Position numbers and translations under genes: made by a program. From positions 1-40,474 of the IMG/VR virus record IMGVR_UViG_3300048598_000463: a DNA stretch of 40,474 bases. One strand, written 5' to 3'. Every line of letters starts with the position of its first letter. Positions within the stretch are counted from its first letter, which is position 1. Of the stretch, positions 25,538 to 33,145 are shown piece by piece. A model generated the notes under the pieces. It ran no database searches, had not been told where the DNA came from, and worked only from the letters and a program-made list of their open reading frames with translations. The DNA is from a virus (taxonomy: Duplodnaviria; Caudoviricetes).

Positions 25538-26600
25538 CGATGGGGCCTCGATCCCGGGATCGGCGTTCAGCCTGACCGCCAACGACGACGCGGTTCGGTT
25601 CGTTCCCGGAGACGGCGAAGGCGATGAGAGCGGCTTTGAGATCCTGGCCTACAGCGGCGAGATCATTTCCGATCACTGGTTCTGGGGGAATCTCGGCATC
25701 GACCTCGCGGGCATGAAATTCGCCGGCCGGCGGTTCCCGGTGCTCGACTCCCATGATACGAGCCTGCGACTCGGGTATGCCGAAGGGCAGATCGCTGGCA
25801 CGATCACGGCCAAGGGCCAGTGGTGCCCGAATGTTCATGCCCAGGAACTGCGGGCGGACGCCAAGGCGGGTTTCCCGCTGCAGGCCAGTCTGAATTTCGA
25901 TCCGAAGACCGTCAGATATGACATCATCCGCGAGGGCGAAACCGCTGAGGTCAACGGCCACATGCTCACAGGTCCGGGAACGATCTTTCGCCAGGGGGTG
26001 ATCCGCGAGATCAGCATGTGCGTCTTCGGCGAGGTTCGAAACACTCGATCTACCGCGTTCGCGCAGTCCAATGAAGAGCAAGTCCAGGTTTCAGCAATCA
26101 GAAAGGATACTGCAATGTCACACGTGAAAGATGAACCGGGCCTGACCGCCGAGACGCTGAAGGCCGAGCACGGCGAGGTGTACAAGGCCGTCTTCGAAGC
26201 GGGCAGGACCGAGGGCTCGCAGGCCGAGAGGAACCGCTTCGCAGCGCTCAAAGAGGTCTGCGGCGAGGACCGGGAGCTATTGGTCACAGCATTCGCCGAG
26301 GGGCGGGATGAGGCCTGGGCCCTGAAAGAGGCCAACGGCCATCTGGCTACCCAACTGAAGGCCGCCCGGGAGCAGCTCACCAAGTCGCCCGCCGGCAGGA
26401 AGCCCCAGCATGACGCCGCGACGCAGGAGTTCCTCGAGCAGCCGGCCCCGCAGAAGCCGGGTGAGAAGAATGGCCCCGCCACGTTCATGGAGGCCGTGAA
26501 GGCCTACCAGACCGAGTTCAAGGTCTCCGAGGCCGAGGCCGTTCGCCAGTGTGTGGGGCTGCATCCGGATCTGCACGCCAAGATGGTCAACGGCGAGTGA
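25500..26600 (+). CDS. Prohead protease with C-terminal scaffold domain
   Basis: GGAGG RBS 8 nt before ATG 25500; AYSG, PVLDSHD (His), GFPLQAS (Ser), REISMC; helical charged C-terminal half. Confidence 0.8.
   Translation: MPQTMNDNARRLSDGASIPGSAFSLTANDDAVRFVPGDGEGDESGFEILAYSGEIISDHWFWGNLGIDLAGMKFAGRRFPVLDSHDTSLRLGYAEGQIAGTITAKGQWCPNVHAQELRADAKAGFPLQASLNFDPKTVRYDIIREGETAEVNGHMLTGPGTIFRQGVIREISMCVFGEVRNTRSTAFAQSNEEQVQVSAIRKDTAMSHVKDEPGLTAETLKAEHGEVYKAVFEAGRTEGSQAERNRFAALKEVCGEDRELLVTAFAEGRDEAWALKEANGHLATQLKAAREQLTKSPAGRKPQHDAATQEFLEQPAPQKPGEKNGPATFMEAVKAYQTEFKVSEAEAVRQCVGLHPDLHAKMVNGE
26115..26600 (+). CDS. Nested in-frame scaffolding protein (Nu3/Z-like)
   Basis: Internal AGAAAGGA RBS before the in-frame ATG at 26115, right after the protease domain. 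Confidence 0.55.
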   Translation: MSHVKDEPGLTAETLKAEHGEVYKAVFEAGRTEGSQAERNRFAALKEVCGEDRELLVTAFAEGRDEAWALKEANGHLATQLKAAREQLTKSPAGRKPQHDAATQEFLEQPAPQKPGEKNGPATFMEAVKAYQTEFKVSEAEAVRQCVGLHPDLHAKMVNGE

Positions 26601-26649
26601 CGGGCGAGAGGATCGGGTAGCAGGTCTTCAACGGAGTGAAAGGAGCAAC

Positions 26650-26850
26650 ATGGCACGTGTCAAATGTCCCCAATGTGGGACCGAGCGGGTGGTCGTGGAA
26701 GGCAAGCGGAAGAACTGCCGCAAGTGCGGCACGAAGCTGACGGCGGACATGGCCCCGGCGAAACCTAAGGCCAGGAAAGCCGCCAAGGCACCCAAGGGCG
26801 GGGAACAACAGCCCGCCGGGGCAGGTTCACCCAACCCGACGGTCGAGTAA
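26650..26850 (+). CDS. Small Zn-ribbon protein with a Lys/Ala/Pro-rich tail
   Basis: AAAGGAG RBS; CPQCG...CRKCG; APAKPKARKAAKAPK. Confidence 0.7.
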   Translation: MARVKCPQCGTERVVVEGKRKNCRKCGTKLTADMAPAKPKARKAAKAPKGGEQQPAGAGSPNPTVE

Positions 26851-26889
26851 CGAGTGTCACCAGTCCATTCTGCGGAAAGGAGATAGACC

Positions 26890-27225
26890 ATGATAGAGGG
26901 ATCGAAACGAACGTTTACGGCTGGAGCGGCCTTGGAACCTCGCCGGCGCGTCAAGCTCTCGGGCACCAGCGTCGTGTACGCAGGCGACGAGGAGGATGCC
27001 ATCGGCGTCACTGAGTTCCGAGCAGCCCTGGGCGAGGACATCACGATCCGGCTCATCAACGCCGGAGGAACTTTCGAGGTGACGGCGGCGGGGGCGATCA
27101 CTGCCGGTGCCGCCATCTACCCGGCGGCTGACGGCAAGGTTGAGGCCGCTGGCACGACTGCCAGGGGTTCTGCCCTCGAGGCGGCCACAGCCAATGGGGA
27201 CATCATTGAGTGTCTCCTGAAGTAG
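26890..27225 (+). CDS. Capsid cement/decoration protein (DUF2190-like)
   Basis: FTAGAAL...AIGV...AAGAITAGAAIY.AADGKV...ALEAATANGDIIE; lies before the capsid gene; AAAGGAG RBS. Confidence 0.85.
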   Translation: MIEGSKRTFTAGAALEPRRRVKLSGTSVVYAGDEEDAIGVTEFRAALGEDITIRLINAGGTFEVTAAGAITAGAAIYPAADGKVEAAGTTARGSALEAATANGDIIECLLK

Positions 27226-27273
27226 AAACCCGGCAACTATCAGGCAATCCATTGCAGACAAGGAGGATCATCC

Positions 27274-28230
27274 ATGCCAAGACCATCAACAGCTGCTGAG
27301 CGGCCGGAACTGCGGGCCGTCATCTATGAGGCCGTGGACCCGGCCGACGCATTCATCGGCCTACGCGTGCTGCCCCTGTTCCGGGTGGACGAGCAGACCG
27401 GCCAATATCCCGTCATCCCGCCCGAGGTGATGTTCTCAGTCCCCGACACGAGGCGCTCCGCCCGCGGCCACTACCATCGTTCCGACTGGGAATGGCAGTG
27501 GGACACCTACGCCACGGTCGAGAACGGCTGGGAAGAGCCCGTGGATGACCGCGAGGTCAGTCTCTACCAGCGGTACTTCGACGCGGAGACCGCGGCGGGC
27601 ATCCGGGCCTTGAAGATCATCCTGCGACGCCAAGAGCAACGCGTCGCCGGCATGGTCTTCAATGAGTCGAACTTCACGCCGCACGCGGTGACCAACGAGT
27701 GGGACGACCACGCCAACGCCACGCCCATCGACGATGTCAAAGCGGGTCGCAAGGCGATTCACGACACCATTGGCGTCGAGCCCAACACGCTGATCCTCGC
27801 CTACAGCACGTTTCTCGACCTGGGCCTGTGCAATCAGATCGTGGACCGGATCAAATATACGACGCCGGCTGTGCAGCGGGGCGATATCGCGGTTCCGTTG
27901 CTGGCTCAGGCTTTTGGTGTCAGCCAGATCCTCGTGGGTGGAGGTCTCTTTAACCAGGCCAAGAAGGGCCAGGACGCTGATCTTGCCGGCATCTGGAGCA
28001 ACGAGTATGCGATGCTCTGCCGCGTCAGCGAGAGCCCCATGCTGGGCAATGATCCGGAACTGGGCCGGACGTTCCTGTGGACCCGGGAGTCGCCGACCAA
28101 CACGGTGGTCGAGTCCTACCGGGACGAGACGGTCCGAGGCGACGTGATCCGGGTCCGGCACGATACGGACGAGGAGTTCATCTCGACCGAGTGCGCGTAC
28201 CTGATGAGCAATATCACGACGACGCCGTAA
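27274..28230 (+). CDS. Major capsid protein (lambda E-like)
   Basis: 318 aa; FIGLRVLP, EQRVA, W.D..NATPIDDV, IGVEPNTLIL, GRTFLW; position in the head operon; AAGGAGG RBS. Confidence 0.88.
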   Translation: MPRPSTAAERPELRAVIYEAVDPADAFIGLRVLPLFRVDEQTGQYPVIPPEVMFSVPDTRRSARGHYHRSDWEWQWDTYATVENGWEEPVDDREVSLYQRYFDAETAAGIRALKIILRRQEQRVAGMVFNESNFTPHAVTNEWDDHANATPIDDVKAGRKAIHDTIGVEPNTLILAYSTFLDLGLCNQIVDRIKYTTPAVQRGDIAVPLLAQAFGVSQILVGGGLFNQAKKGQDADLAGIWSNEYAMLCRVSESPMLGNDPELGRTFLWTRESPTNTVVESYRDETVRGDVIRVRHDTDEEFISTECAYLMSNITTTP

Positions 28231-28242
28231 CCGAGGAGACCG

Positions 28243-28530
28243 ATGGCAACGCAGCAGAACGGCAACCAAGTCACCCTGACGCAGGCGGATCAGCAGATCG
28301 TGCGATGGATCGCCAAGGAAGTTGCGGGCAGTCTCGGAAAGGAGTTCGCCGCCGCACAGGGAAAGGCCATGGCCCAGATGATCGAGTTGCACAAGGCCAC
28401 ATGTGTCACCAGCCAGCAGTGGTTTGGGTCCAGGCGCTTCCTCCTGGGCCTGCTGGCGGGGCTGGGCCTGTTGACCGCCGGCGGCAGTGCGTTGGGCTCG
28501 GTGCTCATCAAACTGCTGACGGGGTCGTGA
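28243..28530 (+). CDS. Small membrane protein (holin-like candidate)
   Basis: 95 aa, C-terminal hydrophobic FLLGLLAGLGLLTAGGSALGSVLIKLL; GAGGAG RBS. Confidence 0.6.
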   Translation: MATQQNGNQVTLTQADQQIVRWIAKEVAGSLGKEFAAAQGKAMAQMIELHKATCVTSQQWFGSRRFLLGLLAGLGLLTAGGSALGSVLIKLLTGS

Positions 28531-28542
28531 AAGGAGAAAGTC

Positions 28543-29040
28543 ATGTCATTGACCGCAAGGATCGTTCTCGGGTTCGATGCCGTCTGCCAGGCGGTACAGA
28601 ACCTGAGCAACTTGGTGGACCGCCTGAGTCTCAACCGGGCCCTTGAGCTAACGAACGGGACCGGGGCCAACCAGTCGAACGTGCTGTTCCACGATGAACG
28701 CACGCTCGCCGATGGAGCGGAGGAGACGCTGGATCTGTACGGCGGGACTCTGCTCGATGGGCTCAAGAACACCCTGACGATGGAGAAGCTCAAGGTCCTA
28801 TTCCTCAAGAACACCAGCACGGACGCGAGCCTTCTGATCGGCGGAGCGACGACTACGCCGGTTGATCTATTCGTCGACGCCGCGGATGTGTTCAAGCAGC
28901 GCCCTGGGGGCGTATTCCTGACGACGGCACCGGATGCAAACGGAATCGCCCTGACGACAAACAAGAACTTGAAGCTCGCCCATGATGGCACGGGCACGAG
29001 CCCTCTGGTCTACGAGATCATCGCCATCGGCGTCGATTGA
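28543..29040 (+). CDS. Hypothetical virion protein
   Basis: AAAGGAG RBS; T/G/N-rich beta-type sequence in the structural operon. Confidence 0.7.
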   Translation: MSLTARIVLGFDAVCQAVQNLSNLVDRLSLNRALELTNGTGANQSNVLFHDERTLADGAEETLDLYGGTLLDGLKNTLTMEKLKVLFLKNTSTDASLLIGGATTTPVDLFVDAADVFKQRPGGVFLTTAPDANGIALTTNKNLKLAHDGTGTSPLVYEIIAIGVD

Positions 29041-29064
29041 TCGATCCTGGCAGGAAGGTGACTT

Positions 29065-29802
29065 ATGGCATACAACCCAGCGGCTGATGCAGATTGCCAG
29101 GCGTGGTGGCGCTTCGAGGATGGAGCCCTGATGCTGGATTCCAGCGGCAAGGGCAACACCCTGACGAATAACGGCGTCTCGGCCAATACTGCTGACCGAC
29201 GCGAAGGTGTCGCGTGCGGAGCCTGGCTGTCCGGCGAGTCGGACAACATGGGGATTGACTCCGCAAATCTGAGCGAGGGCTATCCATTCCGGCCGGGAAG
29301 TGCCAACCGGATCATCTCGATCTGCTTCTGGATGAAGCTCGCGTCTTTGCCAAGCCCGGGGGCCTACTTCTACGTCTACGTCAAATGGCTGTCCGTGTGG
29401 GTTCTGGTCTACAACGACGGCACCGGGATCTACATCGCCCTGGTGAGTTGGTTCAGCGGCGGCGGCGACTATGAGATCATACTGCACGAGTCCACCGTTT
29501 CGACAGGCGTATGGTACCACGTCGGGATGACCTACAACGGCAACACAGGGGCGTATCGCATACGCATTTGGAACGACGGGCCGGGGGAGGTCCTGGGGTC
29601 GGACAAAGTCGGTGTGTTCGCGAACGTGCCCGACGTTGACGCTAACAACATTTCCATCGGCTACGCCTACGATGGCCTCCTGGATGACTACCTTGTGTTC
29701 AGCCGAGTCCTATCTGCGGAGGAGATCGATGGCATTCGCAATCAGACCTTCGGTTCGGGCGGCAAGGCCCACTGGTACTATGAACTACAGAGGAAGGCTT
29801 AG
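29065..29802 (+). CDS. LamG / concanavalin A-like domain protein
   Basis: AWWRFEDG...DSSGKGNTLT, SICFWMK, GVWYHVGMTYNG, DGLLDDYLVFSRVLSAEEI. Confidence 0.85.
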   Translation: MAYNPAADADCQAWWRFEDGALMLDSSGKGNTLTNNGVSANTADRREGVACGAWLSGESDNMGIDSANLSEGYPFRPGSANRIISICFWMKLASLPSPGAYFYVYVKWLSVWVLVYNDGTGIYIALVSWFSGGGDYEIILHESTVSTGVWYHVGMTYNGNTGAYRIRIWNDGPGEVLGSDKVGVFANVPDVDANNISIGYAYDGLLDDYLVFSRVLSAEEIDGIRNQTFGSGGKAHWYYELQRKA

Positions 29803-29810
29803 GTGACGTG

Positions 29811-30206
29811 ATGCCCACCAAACCTGTCAACTTCGCTATCGGGATCGTCCTGGGTCCCCTGATCGACGATACGGATTTCAAAACCCGGGAGGAGTCCATC
29901 GCCCATGATGCTCCGGGCATGGAGGTCGCCATCCTCCTGGAGAAGCCCGATGGATCGGTGACCACCACAATGGTCACACCGACCAACGGCGGAGACTACG
30001 ATTGGACGCACCTCGATCAGGGTTACTACGAACTGAGGCTGCCCGCCTCCGGCGGATCGACCTTCAACAACACTCAGGAAGGCGTGCTGCGTGCTGTGGG
30101 CCACTGCGCCGGCGTATTGCCGTTCAGTTCCGTCGCTTACGACATCGTGGGGGCCAGCGGCTCAACTATCGTGAACCTGACGGTCGAAAGCGAGGTGTCG
30201 CCATGA
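29811..30206 (+). CDS. Hypothetical virion protein
   Basis: Open frame with phage codon usage; ATGA-coupled to the next gene. Confidence 0.65.
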   Translation: MPTKPVNFAIGIVLGPLIDDTDFKTREESIAHDAPGMEVAILLEKPDGSVTTTMVTPTNGGDYDWTHLDQGYYELRLPASGGSTFNNTQEGVLRAVGHCAGVLPFSSVAYDIVGASGSTIVNLTVESEVSP

Positions 30207-30829
30207 CAGATCTGACGATCCGCACGAAGATCGCCGGTGTGCTCACGGATGTTACCGCCGTCCTGCTGTCAGACCCGACAGGTACATTGGGCATGCGGCA
30301 GGGCGACGTGGGTCCAGTGGTCGTGGCCGATGGGACCGCGATGACGCGGACAGCAGCAGGCACGTACACCTATTCGGTCGGGTTGCCGGCGACGGGTGTG
30401 ATGTACACGTGGTGGGCGGAGGTCCACTACGGCGGCCGGACCTACCACATCGAGCGGCAGCACTACGCCCAGCCGATCATCGAAGACGTCGAACTCAGCG
30501 AACTGGACCAGATCGACGTGGACAACGCGGACTTCTTCCTGGCTGAGTGCGGCGAGCCGGGGATCGTGCATCCGCCGTCGGGCCTGGACCGTGAGGTGAG
30601 GCTCATCGTCAAGCGGCAGGGCCCGGACCTGCAGGAGTCGCCTCGGATCGAGATTCAGCCGGTGGTCGTCCAGGTCCGCAATGATCCATCAACCGGCATC
30701 GCGGCGGCCGAGATCTCGACGCGGTGGTTCATCAGCGTTCGCCGTCAGAAGGGCGGTTCTTTGGCGAAGCTGCGGGTCACACGCTGGCCCGAGCAGGATG
30801 CGGCGTTTCTTACCGTGGAGTTGACGTAG
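30203..30829 (+). CDS. Putative head-tail joining (gpFII-like) protein with an extra N-terminal domain
   Basis: GAGGTG RBS before ATG 30203; C-terminal ~110 aa (FFLAECGEP...REVRLIVKR...) beta-rich, immediately upstream of the gpZ-like gene. Confidence 0.55.
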   Translation: MTDLTIRTKIAGVLTDVTAVLLSDPTGTLGMRQGDVGPVVVADGTAMTRTAAGTYTYSVGLPATGVMYTWWAEVHYGGRTYHIERQHYAQPIIEDVELSELDQIDVDNADFFLAECGEPGIVHPPSGLDREVRLIVKRQGPDLQESPRIEIQPVVVQVRNDPSTGIAAAEISTRWFISVRRQKGGSLAKLRVTRWPEQDAAFLTVELT

Positions 30830-31480
30830 ATGCCTGAACCCCTTGTGACAGTTCAGTTCGACAAGGCCAAGCTCAACGCTGTCGAGCGGGCGCTCGCCGA
30901 GCAGCCGAGGCTGCTGCCCCGGATCGTCTACCGGGGTCTCAAGCGTACGGCCGACGCCGGTCGGACACAGGTGGATCGCGAGATCCGCCAGCGAATCACG
31001 GCCAAGAAACGCGACGTCATGGCCCGAATCACAGACGAGGAGAAGGCCAGCTACACGAACTGGCGCTGGCGGCTGGGCATCAGTCGTCGGCGAATGGCCC
31101 TGGCAGCGTTTCAGCACACGGTCAGCGAGCGGCGGGGCATTACGGCCACAGTCCGCCGGGGCGAAAGCATACGCATCCCGCGGGGCTTTCGCACGGCGGG
31201 CTTCACGCACACCGAATCGGGCGAACGGGTCGAAGGGGACCGCCTGCTGTGGCGGCGGGCTCAGAAGGGCGACAAGAGCTTCAGTAAGGGCACACCCACG
31301 GCTGCCGGCGACGTGGTCCGGCGTCTGCCGGTGGTGTTCCTGCGGGGGCCCTCCATCGGCCAGGTAGTCGAGAACGCCGAGGACCTGCTCCGCGAGGTCC
31401 ACGACAGCGGCGAGCAGCGACTGGAGAAGGAAATTCACAGCCAGGTGGATTACGAGCTAACGAGGAGGTGGCCGAAATGA
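30830..31480 (+). CDS. Minor tail / neck protein, lambda gpZ-like
   Basis: Very basic; RGLKRTA...R, C-terminal RRLPVVFLRGPSIGQV. Confidence 0.75.
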   Translation: MPEPLVTVQFDKAKLNAVERALAEQPRLLPRIVYRGLKRTADAGRTQVDREIRQRITAKKRDVMARITDEEKASYTNWRWRLGISRRRMALAAFQHTVSERRGITATVRRGESIRIPRGFRTAGFTHTESGERVEGDRLLWRRAQKGDKSFSKGTPTAAGDVVRRLPVVFLRGPSIGQVVENAEDLLREVHDSGEQRLEKEIHSQVDYELTRRWPK

Positions 31481-31956
31481 GTGAGCCCATCGTTGAACGC
31501 ATCGCACAGTGGCTGACGGCAGCCCTGAAGGAGATCACGACTGCCGCCGGCTATCATTGCACGCTGAGCGTCTCGAGGCCGCTGGAGTTGGAGCCACCGG
31601 CCCAGACCATCGGCGATCTCTCGACAATCCTGGAGATGGGGGAACGCGAAGAGGCCGCCAAGCCGACGCTGACCCACCGCTCTTGGCGACAGCCCTTCCT
31701 GGCCAGCATATATCTCCTCAGTTCGACCGAGCCCGTGGACCAGCGGATCAACCGCGTTGTTGCGGATATCGAGAAAAGGACCGGCATCGAGGCCGCTGCT
31801 CACAAAGGCTCCGATGGCCTCTGCGGGGGACTAGCGTTTCGACTGCACGTCGATGATCCCGAGATCTGGATCGACCGGCGTCGAAATGCGACGATTGTGC
31901 TCATACCGATCCTGATCGACTACAAGGTTTTCATCACCGACCCCTACGCGCAGTAG
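31477..31956 (+). CDS. Tail terminator (gpU-like)
   Basis: ERIAQWLTAALKEITTAAGY N-terminus, ending IDY....DPYAQ; between gpZ and the tube gene. Confidence 0.65.
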   Translation: MSEPIVERIAQWLTAALKEITTAAGYHCTLSVSRPLELEPPAQTIGDLSTILEMGEREEAAKPTLTHRSWRQPFLASIYLLSSTEPVDQRINRVVADIEKRTGIEAAAHKGSDGLCGGLAFRLHVDDPEIWIDRRRNATIVLIPILIDYKVFITDPYAQ

Positions 31957-31976
31957 CGCGGGAAAGGAAAGCACCC

Positions 31977-32384
31977 ATGCCAGCAACCGGATACGGGGCC
32001 TCGCTCGCCGGCGTCGCCCTTGGCACATTCCCGAATGTCAAGGACATCCAGATCGGCGGCCTGGAGGTCGAGATGAAGGAGGTCGCCTGCGTCACGGACG
32101 CCAACAAGATCCCGACCAAGCTGCCCAACAAGGTCCGCGAGGGCGATATCGTTCTGACGATGGTCTACGACGCGGCGGGTCAGGCCCTCTACGGCCAGCT
32201 TCGCACGTACGCCAAGGGGCACACGAAGGACAACTTCACCCTGCGGGATTCGACGGCCAGCGTTCATGCGGGCCTTGGGTATGTCGCCAAGGTAGGCGAG
32301 TTGACCATTGACACCGACAACGAGGAAGTCTACAAGGTCACGCTCACACCCGAGAAGGAGTGGGACTTCACGCCCGCGGCGTGA
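31977..32384 (+). CDS. Tail tube (major tail) protein
   Basis: 135 aa beta-rich; position before the chaperone and TMP; AAAGGA RBS. Confidence 0.75.
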   Translation: MPATGYGASLAGVALGTFPNVKDIQIGGLEVEMKEVACVTDANKIPTKLPNKVREGDIVLTMVYDAAGQALYGQLRTYAKGHTKDNFTLRDSTASVHAGLGYVAKVGELTIDTDNEEVYKVTLTPEKEWDFTPAA

Positions 32385-32426
32385 GCGGATCGCGTCGAGC
32401 ATTACAGTCATTCGAAGGAGGACACC

Positions 32427-32861
32427 ATGTCTCAGGACAAAACCCAAGTCACCGAAAATCCGACAACCCTGCCGGAAGCCACAGCCGAGAGCATCCTCGC
32501 CTTTCGCAACCGCCCGCCCATCGAGCACCACGTCATGCCTGATGGCCGCCGGGTCTACGTGTACGGCCTGACCGATCTGGAGGTCCAGCAGTGGTACGCC
32601 GACTGCGGCAAAACCAAGGACGAGGAGGGTCGTGAGCGAGTTGATGACCGCTTCAGCGATGCCAAGCTCCTGGTCCGCTGTGTTCGCAGCGCCGAGGGCA
32701 AGCGGCTCTTCACCGACGCCCATTTGCCCCAGCTCATTGAACTGCCGAACTTCGTCAAGGCCCCACTTGTCGCCAAGGCGATGAAGCTCTCCGCCATCGG
32801 CGGCAAGGCAGATGCCGAGATCCTAAAAAACTACGCCAGGACCCTCGCCGGCGTCTCCTGA
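32427..32861 (+). CDS. Tail assembly chaperone (gpG-like)
   Basis: AAGGAGG RBS; LLVRCVRSAEGKRLFTD motif; ends in a slippery LKN. Confidence 0.8.
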   Translation: MSQDKTQVTENPTTLPEATAESILAFRNRPPIEHHVMPDGRRVYVYGLTDLEVQQWYADCGKTKDEEGRERVDDRFSDAKLLVRCVRSAEGKRLFTDAHLPQLIELPNFVKAPLVAKAMKLSAIGGKADAEILKNYARTLAGVS

Positions 32862-33142
32862 TCCGGCTGGCGAGGGCGGACGGCTGCCCTGTCTCAGAGG
32901 TCCGGGCCCGCTACAGCGCCTACGAGCTTCGCGAGTTGGAGTTGGCCGAGTCCGAGGCACCCTGGGGCGAAGCAGCCGAGACGTTGCGGGCAATCTACCT
33001 GGCCGACATGGTCTTGGCCGCCCTGGGCGACAAGGATGCGGCGAAGGAGGCCCGGCAGATTCTCAACAGGCTGATGGGTCCGGCCAAGCCCCGACGACGA
33101 AGGACGCTCGCATCCCAGATCAGGAATCGGCAGAGAATATAG
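32825..33142 (+). CDS. gpT-like extension of the chaperone, expressed by -1 programmed frameshift
   Basis: A-AAA-AAC heptamer at 32825-32831; the -1 frame is open to TAG 33142 (LRQDPRRRLLIRLARADGCPVSEVRARYSAYELRELELAESEAPWGE...). Confidence 0.85.
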   Translation, partial: KKLRQDPRRRLLIRLARADGCPVSEVRARYSAYELRELELAESEAPWGEAAETLRAIYLADMVLAALGDKDAAKEARQILNRLMGPAKPRRRRTLASQIRNRQRI

Positions 33143-33145
33143 GCT

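Noticed and set aside
27436-28392. Long - strand ORFs (also 34499-35488, 23771-24568, 14910-15752, 31944-32723 and others)
   Set aside because: Antisense shadows of well-supported + strand genes in high-GC DNA; no motifs
29340-29700. NNC/AAC-rich codons in the LamG gene suggesting a DGR variable region
   Set aside because: No template repeat or reverse transcriptase in the window; explained by high GC3 codon bias
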